Source of the DNA: Sphyrna mokarran
Lineage: Eukaryota
Length of the DNA: 64,000 nt
Direction: 5' to 3'
Assembly: GCA_024679065.1 (NCBI GenBank)
Contig: JAGIQG010000020.1
Coordinates: 18,848,001-18,912,000 of the forward strand
Below the pieces are notes generated by a model. It saw only the letters and a program-made list of their open reading frames with translations, searched no databases and had not been told where the DNA came from. The position numbers were made by a program, and so were the translations under genes. Of this stretch, positions 48,946 through 61,110 are shown in pieces (position 1 is the first letter of the stretch; each line of letters opens with the position of its first letter).

Positions 48946-51032
48946 ACTGGAGTTGTAGTGCATGCAATGCCCATCGCACTGCTGAGAGAGTGCAGTCAGG
49001 GGTTTCAGACAACGCCATATTGCGGTCAGATCAGGAATGAATTGGTTTTGCATCAGTGAAAAGGGGAACTGCAAAGTTGACTGGCGTCAGCAACATTAAT
49101 TTTCTGAAAGAAGTAAGCTTTGTGCCTGTAATTTGGTTTACAGACTTACAAAAGTTGTTTTTTTTTGTTGAAGTTGAGTCCAGATTAAAACGTGCCAGTT
49201 CAACTGTTTTTCTGTTTTGAAAGCAGATTGGTGAAGAGGGAGGAAGTTAGAAGTGTAAATGGCCCTGTAAATACATCACTTAATAAATGACTATCTGAAA
49301 ATCCAATTCCAGCCAGCTGATTTGAACTTTTAGTATATATGGAGCCTGGAGGATAAATCAGGTTTTTCTCTATTTTCCTGGAGTTATGTTGCAAGAGGAT
49401 TGCGGACTCTGCAACTGGCAAAATTAACTTTTATAATTTCTACAATTTAAATGACTTATTTGGCTGTCTGAGAAGTGTGAAAAGGACATTAATTAAAACT
49501 AACGCATCATTATAGACAAGTTTTCTGTCCCTCCTGCAAATCATTTGCATTTCAGAAAACTAGTGCAAAAATCTCTTATTCAGCTGCTAACTTATTTGCC
49601 ACTTATCACCATTTATAAAATACAGGATCATTACAAGTTCTCTATTTTCTACAACTTTTGGAAACTTAAGTGATTTGTTTTACGCATTCCCACCTTGAAA
49701 TGAAAACAAAAAAGCTTGTCATTTCAAACATCGTCATGTAAAACTTTGAATGTATTGTCATATTACTGCTCACACACAAAACCATTGCATTCGTGGTTAT
49801 ATAGTATTTATGGCGAGAGTCCATGGAAATTTTTTTGGCTTCATTATTTGCTGCGGGGGGATTACTTAGCCTCTACAGGCCCAAGTGCATTATGCAGCTG
49901 CGGTTTTCTAATATGCTTATTGTGACGTCATTTCATACTGCACTGTTTCATTTTTGACTTTGTGTGACCAAAACATCTGCTTGTCATGGAAATACATATA
50001 CTCAGAAAACAAACATAATTTGGTCAGTAGGCCCAAAAAGCTGACAACACAAAATCAGACCTTTGTATAAATGTGTATGTATCCTGAAATAAATGGTAAG
50101 TCTGTAATGTAATAATAGTTACATTATTATTTCAGATATTTTTGAGGGACAGGCACTGTGTTTTTCCCCAGGAAAGTCAAAAGATGTCTTTGACATAAAG
50201 AAAAAAATAACTGCTATTTAGTTAGTGCAAGTACAATCATTTTGGAGTTCACTTTATGTATAAGCATACAAACACAGTGCCTCTGTATTTTCCGAGATAT
50301 TGGGTGGAATTTCCCCAAGATATATGAGTTATAATGGCGAGAATACTGGAGCAGTCCACGCCGGTTTGTCAGGGGTGCTCTGCACCACATCATCCCATGC
50401 TCAGTCACTTTTTGGGAGAGTGATGAGTTGTCCACTGTTACGGACGGGAGGGGGGTGGGGCCAAAAGAACCAGGGAACAGGCTGCAGAAAGCTCAGATGC
50501 CGTTTACAAGGATGCCCCTATCTTACAGTGCACTGGGAGACGTTCTCCTTTCCCCAAAGGCTCAGGATCCCTTTCCCATTCCTCCCCCCCAACAATCAGC
50601 TGCATGTTCCCCCACCCCCTGCTGACATGGGTGGGGCACCGGGAATCTTCCACTAGCTGCAATGCATGACCTCCCCTCCATAACACCCTGCAAGACTCCT
50701 GCCCTGCACAGCCACCCCTTTACATGGCCCCTCACTGTATAACCACCTCACCCTCCCATTATTACAGACCTCCATTATAGCTTCCCTGACGTAGCCCCCA
50801 CTCAGATTTCCATGTCATAGTCTCCACTCAGGCTCACCCCAACTTGGGCCCCACTCTTCTGGCATTGCCCATAGAACAGTGGCGGTGCCAAACTGTCACT
50901 ATACCAGATGGACAATGCCTTGGTGCCAGGTGGTCATTTGTTGGCAAACACTACCCAACCATGCCCCAGAGATACACTAAGCTTCAAAGGCCTCTGATCA
51001 ACCTCGTCGTCCTCCTCCTCCGTCCCCGCAAC

Positions 51033-51033
<1 letters not shown>

Positions 51034-51078
<45 letters not shown>

Positions 51079-51115
51079 CACATACACACACATACACACT
51101 CACACACACACACAT
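51034..51115. repeat. Poly-C plus (CA)n microsatellite
   Basis: Direct reading. Confidence 0.9.
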
Positions 51116-51444
51116 AGCCATTGAGTCTACTCTCTGCTGGTAGTGATTCTCACCATTTTGCACCTATAAGTTGGAAGATCTGGACAAATGGAAGAATCCA
51201 GTGTTGAACAGCCATGCATATTTAAATACTATTTTAAATATGTTAATCAGCCTGCCATTAGAAGGGACTGGGACAATTGCAAATTGATTGACATCGAGCA
51301 CGAGTCTGAATTTTAGGCCCACGCATTATTTTCCAGAATCAATTCGATCTGTGCCAGGCATGACGAGATCAAATAATCACCCTCACTGTTTCTCTGCCAG
51401 TCTGTTTTTTATACATATTGATGATTGATATGTTCATCTTTTAG

Positions 51445-51830
51445 GGGAAGGCCTAGTGATATTATCGCTAGACTATTAATCCAGAAACTCAACTCACATT
51501 CTGGAGACCTGGATTCGAATCCCGCCATGGTGGAATCTGAATGGAATAAGAAAAAAATCTGGAATTAAGAGTCTACTGATAATCATGAAACCATTGTCAA
51601 TTGTCAGAAAAACCCATGTGGTTCATTTACTGATGTCCTCTAGAGAAGGAAATCTGCCGTCCTTACCTGGTCTGGTTCACAAGTGGCTCCAGAGCCATAG
51701 CAATGTGGTTGATTCTCAATTGTCCTTTGAAATGGCCTAGCAAGCCATTCAATTTCAAGGGCATCAAGAGATAGATAATAAATGCTGGCCTTGCCAGCAA
51801 TGCCCATGTCCCATGAATGAATAAAAAGAA
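51445..51830 (+). mobile_element. SacSINE1/DeuSINE-like SINE
   Basis: B-box-like GGATTCGAATCCC; central GAAGGAAATCTGCCGTCCTTACCTGGTCTGG; tail ATAAATGCTGGCCTTGCCAGCAATGCCCATGTCCCATGAATGAAT. Confidence 0.8.
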
Positions 51831-53589
51831 AGAAAGCATACAGGCATTTTTAATAAGGGCTGACGAGTACTTTGATTTCACAAATTTCCAGTGAGGCAAC
51901 ATGATGGAATGAACTTAGAAATGTATAACCATGAGTGACCTGATTACCCATTACTCTCCTGCTAACAATTGCACTTTTGCCTGCACTTACCAACAAAACA
52001 ACAATGTTTTACTTATTTTCAAATCATTAGCTGCAATTTCATCCAAGAAGCTATTGACTTGGGAAATCAAACAAACAATTTGTGCTTGCTTCTTGCAGCG
52101 AATCTTTGTCTTGCTAAGGAGTCACAATTAATCATTAAAATCAGATTTTGTAACATTAACAGCCTTATCAGCAAGCCGATAGATAAATTACAGCGTCATT
52201 GGAACAGTTATTTCCAAATATGCATTTCATCACAAATAGCTCCTGCTGCAAAGAGGCAAAGTAACAGAGCAAATCCTGGCGGAAGTGAGTGATGGAGTAG
52301 GCTGTTGTGCATGTGCTTTCAAAGTGGTTCAATAACACAAAATCTATCTAAAATTGTCCCAGATCCAACATTACAACTGCTTCCATTTACATAGTGTCGA
52401 CAATATGGAAACGCTTCCTGAGATCTTCAACAAAAGGGAAACAGTTGAAAAGAACTATTTGGTGAGTTAGTGGAGGTGGCAGATGGATACTTGATTCATT
52501 TTTGAGGAATAAAAGAAACGGAGGGAGTCACAGATTTAGAAGACAATCTCAAAGAGTAGGAGCAAGGTACCTGAAGGGTCTTTTGCTAATAGTGAGGCAA
52601 AGAGAGATGTAGGGAGAATGTCAGAAAAGATCAGAATGAGAGAACTAAAAGTAGTCAAGAATTAATTAAAAAAAAACAAATGTTTGATCCGAGTAGGTGA
52701 TGATTATCTAAATTCTAATGCAATTATCTGTCATTCATCCCTCAGTCTTTCCTTGTAAGATGGAAAGACATTGGCTAAGAAATGGCACAAACACAATGAC
52801 AGAGAAGTAAGGAATGGAGCTCAGGTCAGAGGTTTAGAATAATGTAATTACTATTAATGAAATAGGAAGCCAGCTGAAGTGAGAAGTTATGAAGGGCAGT
52901 TGCTGCAACAATTATAACCTAGGATCCTCAATAGCACTGAGCTGGAAGTTGGAATTGTCTCATATTATGTAAGGGGCAGATTTTAGAAATATTTTCAGCA
53001 ATATATTTATAGTGCAGGGAGATGTTCACCCTGATGCTTGCATGGTTGATGTTGGAGGGTGCTCCAATATTTGCATGGTGGGTTGCAGAGGTAGGGAGAT
53101 GGAGGTTCGGGAGGATGCCTTCATGTTTCATAAGGTGACTGGGGGGATGCCTCAAGTCTTCAAAGTGTTGCAAAGATTGTATTGATGTGTGGTGATGGGG
53201 GTGTGGGAAGGAGGTGGTGGTTAGTGTCCCAGTGCATTGAGGAGCAGGTGTCCCGATAATTGTGTGGGATGTGGTGGGGTTCTCTGATACTCTGGGGGAG
53301 GTCCCCATGGGGAAATGTGTCAAGACATCCTTTACAAATGGTGTCCTGATCTGAGGATTCCTGGCCTTGCCATCTCCTTTAGGTCCCCTCCCTCCAGCTT
53401 GTTCAACAAGCAAGAGAAGCCAACCTTGCATACTGTGATCTTCACACAAACATGCTGCATTTTTGGGAAGATTCCATCCACAGGTTTACTTCAGCCCATG
53501 GTATCTGCTCTGAATATCTACCTATCTATTCCAGTCCCATTTTCCAGCACTTGATCTTTCCCTCACACAGATAGTTACCCAAGCCTGAA

Positions 53590-54640
53590 TTAGAATCATA
53601 GAATCATACAGGTTTATAGCATGAAAACAGGCCCTTCAGCCCAACTTATCCATGCTGTCCTTTTTTAAAAAAAACCCTAATCTAATCCCAATTGCCCACA
53701 TTTGGCCCATATTCCTCTATACCCATGTAACTGTCTAAATGTTTCTTAAAGTACCCTCCTCTAATATTATGTCCGGCAACTTGTTTCAGACATTTACCAT
53801 GATCTGTGTAAAAGAATTGCCCCTCTGGACACTTTTGTATCTCTCCCCTCTCATCTTAAACCTATGCCGTCTAGTTTTAGACTCCCCTACCTTTGGAAAA
53901 AGATATTAACTATCTAACTGATCTGTGCCCCTCATTATTTTGTAGACTCCAATAAAATCACCCCTCAGCTTCCTACACTTCAGAGAAAAAAGTCCCAGTC
54001 TATTCAGCCTCTTCTTATAACTCAACATTAAGTCCTGGTAGCATCTTCATAAATCTTTTCTGCACTCTTTCTAGTTTAATAATATCCTTTCTATAATAGG
54101 ATGACCAGAATTGCACACACTATTCCAAGTGCGGCCTTACTAATGTCTTGTACAACTTCAACAAGACATTCTAACTCTTGAATTCAATGTTCTGACTGAT
54201 TAAACATGCCGAATGCCTTCTTCACCAGTCTGTTCAACTGTGACTCCATTTTCAAGGAGCTAAGAATGATACTTTTACATCTCTTTGTTCTGTAACTCTC
54301 CACAATGCCCTACCATTAACTGACTAAGTTCTGCCCTGGTTCAATCTACCAAAATGCATCATCTCGCATTTGTCTAATTCAAACTCCATCTGCCATTCGT
54401 CAGCCCACTGGACCAATTGATCAAGATCCCGTTGCAATTGGAGATAAGGTTTTTCGCTGCCCACTATGCCACCAATCTGAGTGTCATCTGCAAAGTTCTA
54501 ACCATGCATCCTATATTCTCATCAAAATCATTAATATAAATGACAAATAACAGTTGACCCAACACTGATCCCTGAGGCACACTGCTGGTCAAGGCTTCCA
54601 GTTTGAAAAACAGCTCTCCACATCCACCCTCTGGCTTCTG
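53590..54640 (-). mobile_element. CR1-clade LINE 3' fragment (decayed RT)
   Basis: 3' tail TAGAATCATAGAATCATA; collinear with the 55.95-56.55 kb copy; extends into RT sequence (GTGTCATCTGCAAA = FADDT on the minus strand). Confidence 0.9.
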
Positions 54641-54689
54641 TCAAGAAGTCAGTTTTGCATTCATTTCAATACTCATCCCGGATCCCCTG

Positions 54690-54760
54690 AGAAAATTGAA
54701 CCCAGTTGTCTGGTGCTGTGAGGCAGCACCGCTAATTACTGTGCCACTGTGCCACCATAA
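54690..54760 (-). mobile_element. SINE head fragment
   Basis: TGGTGCTGTGAGGCAGCACCGCTAATTACTGTGCCACTGTGCC. Confidence 0.7.
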
Positions 54761-55482
54761 ATGTGGTAGAATTTCTTCTCCTTTTCTTAAAGTCAAACAC
54801 TAAGGTCTAGCTCGTAACTTTGACAGTTTGCTATGGAATGGACGAGGATTTATTGTGATTGAGACATTTTATTTACATTAAGTGTTCTGAAGTAGTCAGT
54901 GGCTTAAAGAATCAAGACTGAACAACAATCAAGATCTATTTGGCACGGAAGATGAAAGAAAGTTTAAAAGGGCGTGGATAACTTGGATTTGATTAAGTCT
55001 ATGCCATAACTTGACTGCAATTAATGTACCGGTGTGCCTTGAAAAGCTGGGGGCTAGATTACTTGTTTTCTTAAATTGGAATTGCTGTGATTTCAAGCCA
55101 TCCTTACTAATCTAAACAGAGTTGTTTGAGTAAGCAACCATTATTGTCTATGGCAAGCTGATAAGAATTAGATACTGGTGTCAGACTTGCAAAATCAGAA
55201 GGCCACCATTGGGACAACTGAATTTCAATAAAGAAATAATTTTTGGTAGTTCTGTGTCATCTCTATGTCATCCCTGCGGATTTAGTGTCAGTGGCCTCGT
55301 GACCCACTGGTCACAGATAAGGAGAAGAGGTACCAATGATTAGACAATTGTCAGTTTGGTTTGAAACATGTATGCATTGTTGGGGATGGTAGTGTTGAGG
55401 AGAAGGGGGGATGATGGGGTCCTTGCAGGGAGGGTAATAGGGGCAGCCTCCATGTTTTGGGACATAAATATAGTAGTCCCCA

Positions 55483-55707
55483 TGTAATAATTCCTCGGAG
55501 GCAGAAGCTCCTTCACTAAAATCCCTTTATTTACAAGTCTAACAGAGTGCTTTCAGTTATCAGTCCACACTGGGAGTCCCAGAGGAACTGGCACTCCTGG
55601 TCAAAAACAAAGCAAGAAGCTTCTATATTGATCCATCAATTTGGCCCCTAATCAGGGAGTTCATACTCTAACAGGCCCACCTCAGTTGCCTAATTGAAGT
55701 CATTACA
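55483..55707 (-). mobile_element. Candidate solo LTR (225 bp)
   Basis: Termini TGTAAT...ATTACA, flanks CCCCA/GCCCA (4/5), minus-strand AATAAA near 55526. Confidence 0.5.
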
Positions 55708-55949
55708 GCCCAGGACACAGGGGCTGCTGCAATCATTCAGGTGACTAGATTGCTTGCACAGAAAGAAGAACCTACAAATCACCATCAAAATGTCCACTCG
55801 TTGACTTTAATACACAGGCATTATACTCTTGCTAACTTGAAATATTATCAATTTTAAGTAAAGAAATAGTTACTCTGAAATTATTATCTGATCTATCTGT
55901 TCTATTCTAGCTCTTATGTCTAAGTGATGTTCGACTGAAGTAAGAGTAA

Positions 55950-56548
55950 TTGATAGAGTCATAGAGTCTTGGAGGTTTACAGCATGGAAACAGGCCCTTC
56001 AGCCCAACTGGTCCATGCTGCCCTTCTTTGTAAAACCACTACGCTAGTCCCAATTGCCCTCATTTGGTCCATTTCTCTCTATATCCATCGTACCCATGTA
56101 ACTATCGAAATACTTTTAAAAAGACAAAATTGTACCCAGCTCTGCTATTGCATCTGGTAGCTTGTTCCAGATACTCGCCACTGTCTGTGTGAAAATAAAT
56201 TGCCCCTTTGGACGCTTTTGTATTAATCCCCTCTCACTTTAAACCATGCCCTATAGTTTTAGACTCCCCTGCTTTTGGGAAAAGATATTGACTATCTAGC
56301 TGATCTGGGCCTCTCATTATTGTACAGACTTTTGTAAGATCACTCTCAGCCTTCTATGCTCCAGAGAAAGAAGTCTCAGTCTATCCAGCCTCTCCTTATA
56401 ACTCAATCCATCAAGTCCTGATAGCATCCTGGTAAATCTTTTCTGCACTCTTTCTAGTTTATTAATATCCTTTCTATAATAGGGTGACCAGAATTGCACA
56501 CAGTATTCAAGTGTGGCCTTACCAATGTTTTGTACAACTTCAACAAGC
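55950..56548 (-). mobile_element. CR1-clade LINE 3' fragment
   Basis: ORF 56317-56565(-) LEYCVQFWSPYYRKDINKLERVQKRFTRML...LSYKERLDRL is the typical CR1 ORF2 C-terminus. Confidence 0.92.
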
Positions 56549-57274
56549 CATTCCACCTCCTTCATTTATGATCTCATTAAAGCAACAGAGACTTTTTAGA
56601 CTGAATAAAAGGAGCTTGCAAAGGGCATTGAGATGTGCTCTGAATCTTTGTCTAGTCAGAAAATTATCTACTTTATGTGATACCATGCAAAACAGACATT
56701 CATATCAGATTTGCTGATGTCAGTTTGGGGCAACATTTCGGGTACTAAGATTTGCCAAAGTGCTCTTTGGAAAAGGGAACTATCAGTCTGGGTTTCAGAT
56801 CCTGATTGTTGTTCCACAAATCCAGAACATGTGGCTGTCTGTGGTTATCCAGCAAGGATTAAGCAGTGACCTCCACCACTATAGGACTTTAATCCTAATT
56901 TACTTTTAATACTCATAACTCATCCAGATGCTGCTGCCACAGGCTTACATTTGCAAGGAGCAAGTCATCAGGAAATTGCAGAACCAGGGCCAGTGATTTT
57001 CCATCCAGTTAAATTAATGAATGGAAAACTAGGGGCTTTGGGTCTGTGATTTCCTGACTTGCACCCTGTGCAAACACCCCTCCTCATTGGGCAAATCTAA
57101 TCAGGAAATCTGCCCAATCATTTGGACTCGAGTAATGAATTTGGTTAATTTCCTGGAATGCTTGAGCTAATTCAAGATCAGATACAATCTAATTGAATGG
57201 TAGAGCTGGAATGAAAAGAGTTGAATAGTAAAGGTAATCCAACGGACTCTGTTCCTACTGTTAAATATGTTTGA

Positions 57275-57420
57275 ATTGCTTTATTTTTGTCACATGAATT
57301 AGTATACAGTGAAAAGTATTGCTTCTTGCACACTATACAGACAAAGCATATCATATGTAGGGAAGAGAGTGCAGAATGTAGTGTTACAGTCACAGTGAGG
57401 GTGTAGAGAAAAAGAAAGTT
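57275..57420 (-). mobile_element. Rex-Babar-like LINE 3' tail
   Basis: TTGTCACATG...AGTGAAAAGTATTG...CTATACAGACAAAGC shared with 43740-43810. Confidence 0.7.
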
Positions 57421-58278
57421 TAAGAATTAGAATGAAGTTTTAGAAACATAGAACAACAGTGAAAGATAGAATTGGAAGGTCTGATGGACACAGCCTGCAA
57501 GAAGTCAGCATGCATTGCTGGTGCCATCTTGTTTTTTTTGTTACTATATGTTTTTAATACATTATTAAAATGAACACTGTAGGCAGCCAACTAATCCTGA
57601 AGCATTTGTGAATAGCGAATTCACATTGAAACCTACTGCCTTTCGTCCATCTGAAATCTGAACCAACTTTTCACAGTACGAAACTGCAATCAGAGCCTCG
57701 GTCAATGAGATTTTTGTGAGGCGGGGCATTTGTAACTGGGTTCATTTGTAGGCATTCTTGTTGGATGGGCTGTTGCACAGAATTCCTGCCCCTATATCAC
57801 ATAGCTTGTGTTCCTGTCACCATTTGGACTTCTACACAAGATAGATTGCTTTGTTTTTACCGACCAGATGCATTACAGTAGTTCTTCTATCAGCACATTA
57901 AAATGAAAATCAATGAACCGCAGAGTTTTACAGCACCAAAGGAGAACACTAGGCAGGTGCTGCCTGTGTCAGCTTGATAAAAGAGCAAATTAGTTCCATC
58001 TGCTTGCCTTTTCTCTGTGGCATTTAAATTATTTCCTTTTTCATCTATTTAGCTAATTTTATTTTAACAGCAACCATCTCTGTTTCTAATAGACATTCTG
58101 TATCGCAGCAATGCAGTGCAGGATGCAGCAAATTTTAGACTCCAATTCATTTACCATGCTAGTACAAGGAAAACGTGTGCTTGTTGGAAAAATCCAGTCA
58201 AACAGCAGTTTTAAAAAAGAGGAAACATTTATTTTTCTGACCAAAACAACATTGTCTCTGACTTACAAGAAGCAAAAA

Positions 58279-58558
58279 TGGGCAGCACAGTGACACAGTT
58301 CACAGGGCCCTAGGATTCGATTCCTGGCCTTGGGTTACTGTCTATCCGGACTGTGCACACTCTACCCGGACCTGTGTGGGTTTCCTCCAGGTGCTCTGGT
58401 TTCCTCCCACAGTCCAAAAGACATGCTGGTTAGGTGCATTGGCCATCTAAATTCTCTCTTCGTGTACCCGAACAGGTGCCGGAATGTGGCAACTAGGGGA
58501 TTTTCACAATAACTTCATTAGAATGTTATCGTCAGCCTACTTGTGACATAATCAATAA
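58279..58558 (+). mobile_element. V-SINE-like SINE, tail type B
   Basis: Core GGGTTTCCTCCAGGTGCTCTGGTTTCCTCCCACAGTCC; tail GTGTACCCGAACAGGTGCCGGAATGTGGCAACTAGGGG. Confidence 0.85.
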
Positions 58559-58971
58559 TGGCAGAAGGTATTTTTGTCAGCAGCTGGACATCTTGCTGAG
58601 GGAATAGCAGCAAAGGGCAGACAACTTGGTGGAACTGAGGGTAAATGAAAACACAAAAATGTTAAAATAAATGGATTATCTTTTGATCATATAATGTCTT
58701 TTTTACATTGAACCTAATCATGTCATGGGGTGGGGTGGGGCAGGGTGGAGAAGATCTGAAACTGAGATTGCACTAGTGTAAGGTCTGTTATGGTCCTCTT
58801 GAGACCATTAGACGATATGTGCCTGCAGTGAACAGGCCCATCAAATCTCATCCAATAATTCTGGAAACCAGAGGACGGAAGATAAGGCAGCAATGAAAAA
58901 GCTTCCCTCTCCAGCAAACCAAAATAGTATGAAATTTAACTGTTGTTGACAGCAGATAGAATATATGAAGT

Positions 58972-58990
58972 TGGCCACATGGGGGTGCTC
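58972..58990 (+). promoter_or_regulatory. CTCF-like motif (forward)
   Basis: TGGCCACATGGGGGTGCTC, 15/19 to TGGCCACCAGGGGGCGCTA. Confidence 0.4.
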
Positions 58991-59389
58991 TCATAGGATA
59001 CATGGAGAAGATATCGCAGAAACTTGTACTGTGATTTTCAGATTGCACGGTACACAGAGAATGGCTGTGACACTAAAACACTTCAACTAAACATCATATG
59101 AAGTCTGATTTCTAGTGAAAATTAAAACAAAAGTTTTATTAACTTTATTCTAATTTGCAAATCAGTGTCTTGATATAGTATTGAAAATATGATCAATGTC
59201 AACACTGAAACTTCACTGATTTTATAATGCCAATTATTTCACGAACAGCTTTTGTGTGTCTGGTTCTAATTTCTTTGAAATTAATTGAGCTTATGAAAAT
59301 TATTTGATGCAAACAATGGAATTATACCATGAACTGTATCCAAAGCTGTTGTTTTCATACTTTATCATTTATGTTGCAGACCAGGAAAG

Positions 59390-60072
59390 GGTGGGTTGTC
59401 TAATCAGGAAAGGCTGGAGAAGTCAGGTTTGTATCCACTAATGTTTAGAAGGGTAAATGACAACTTGATTGAGACCTTTAATATCCTGAGAGATATTAAG
59501 TGGTTAGCACTGCTGCTTCGAAATGCCAGGGACCTGGGTTCGATTCCAGCTGTGGGTCACTGGGTGGAGTTGCTCATTCTCTCCATATCTGCATGGGTTT
59601 CCTCCGGGTGCTCCAGTTTCCTCCCACAATCAGAAGATGTGCGGATTATGGATTGACCATGCTAAATTGTGTTTTAGTGTCCCAAGCTACGTAGCTTAGG
59701 AAAATTAGCCATGGTAAATGCATAGATGACAGGGCAGAGATGGGCCTGTGTAAGATGCTCTGTTTGAGAGTCATTGCAGATTTGATAGGCCGAGTGGTCT
59801 TCTTCTGCACCATAGGGATTCTATGATTCTAGATTGACAGCGTGGATGTGAGGAGGATTCAAAACTATGGAGTTACTGTTTAAAAATAAGAAGTCACTCA
59901 TTTAAGACAGAGATGAGGAGAGTTTATTTTCTCTCAGAGGATCATGAGTCTCTTCTTCAAATGGTTATTGGGGGCATGCAGGATTGTTGGGTTGAGGTTA
60001 CAATCAGGTCAACCACGATCTTATTGAATGGTGGAGCAGGCTCAAGGGGCCAAGTGGTCTATTCCTGCTTTT
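59390..60072 (+). mobile_element. CR1 3' fragment interrupted by a SINE
   Basis: ERLEKSGLYPLMFRRVNDNLIETFNIL before the SINE; resumes near 59832 and runs to the GGAGCAGGCTCAAGGGGCC tail. Confidence 0.75.
59497..59831 (+). mobile_element. HE1/V-SINE-like SINE, tail type A, nested in a CR1 fragment
   Basis: AGTGGTTAGCACTGCTGC head, B box GGTTCGATTCC, tail GGGATTCTATGATTCTA. Confidence 0.88.
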
Positions 60073-60480
60073 TGGATGGTGTCAAACTTCTTGACTGTTC
60101 TTTTCTTAGAGCTACACTCATTCAAACAAGTGGAAATTATACTTTCTATTTCATACTTAATTGTGTCTTGTAAATGGTGAACAGAATTTGGGGAGGCAGG
60201 TGGTGAGTTATTCTCAGAATTCCCAACTTTTGACCTGCTTTTGTAGCCACAATATTTGTATGGTTAATTCACTTAAGAGTTTGGTCAGTGGTAACCTCAG
60301 AATTTTGATAGTGGGACATCGTCAATGATAAAACTGTTAAATATCAAGGCAAGCTGTTAGATTCTTTCATGTTGGAGATGGCATTTGCCTAACACTCGTA
60401 TGGCACCAGTTTTATTTGCCACTTATCAGTCCAAGCTGGAATGTTGTCCAGATCTCACTGAATGTGAGCACAAACTGCTT
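60073..60480 (-). mobile_element. Old LINE RT fragment
   Basis: Decayed sequence resembling common shark LINE RT remnants; no intact ORF. Confidence 0.45.
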
Positions 60481-60627
60481 CATAGAATCAGAGAAAGATT
60501 GCAGCACAAAAAGAGATCATCTGCCAAAAAACATGCCACCCAGCCTAATTCCACTTTCCAAAATTTGGTCTATTGTCCTTCTACTCAGCATTTCTGGCTG
60601 AATCCTTCAGCTTTGTTCTTTGAAAAG

Positions 60628-60932
60628 ATCATTGAATCCCTACAGTGCAGAAGGAAGCCATTCGGCCCATCGAGCCTGCATAGGCAACGATCCCACCCTG
60701 GCCCTATCCGCGTAACGCTGCATGTTAACCCAAATATTCCCCTGACACTAACTGACAGTTTAGCATGGCCAATCGACCTCTCCCGCACATCTTCGAAGTA
60801 TAGGAGGAAACCAGAGCACCCAGAGGAAACACACGCAAAGATATGAAAAAACAGTGACCAAAGCCAGGAATTGAACTGAGTCCTCTGGCACTGTGAGGCA
60901 GCAGTGATAAACACTGTGTCAAGTGCCGCCCT
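60628..60932 (-). mobile_element. HE1/V-SINE-like SINE, tail type A
   Basis: AATCCCTACAGTGCAGAAGGAAGCCATTCGGCCCATCG...GTGAGGCAGCAGTGATAAACACTGTG. Confidence 0.88.
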
Positions 60933-60969
60933 GTACTAGGAGTTGCCATCATCAAGAAAAGGAATTGTT

Positions 60970-61110
60970 TTGAGTTTCAAAGAAGTCACATCGGATTGGA
61001 AACATTAATTCTGTTCCTCATCCCATCGATGCTGCCTGACCTGCTGAGTCTATCCAGCACTTTGTGTTTTTACCTTAGAATCCCTGCATCCACAGCATTT
61101 TGCTTTTACC
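60970..61110 (+). mobile_element. Second copy of the 8.6 kb repeat
   Basis: GAAACATTAA...GATGCTGCCTGACCTGCTGAG...GCATCCACAGCATTTTGCTTTTA. Confidence 0.6.
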
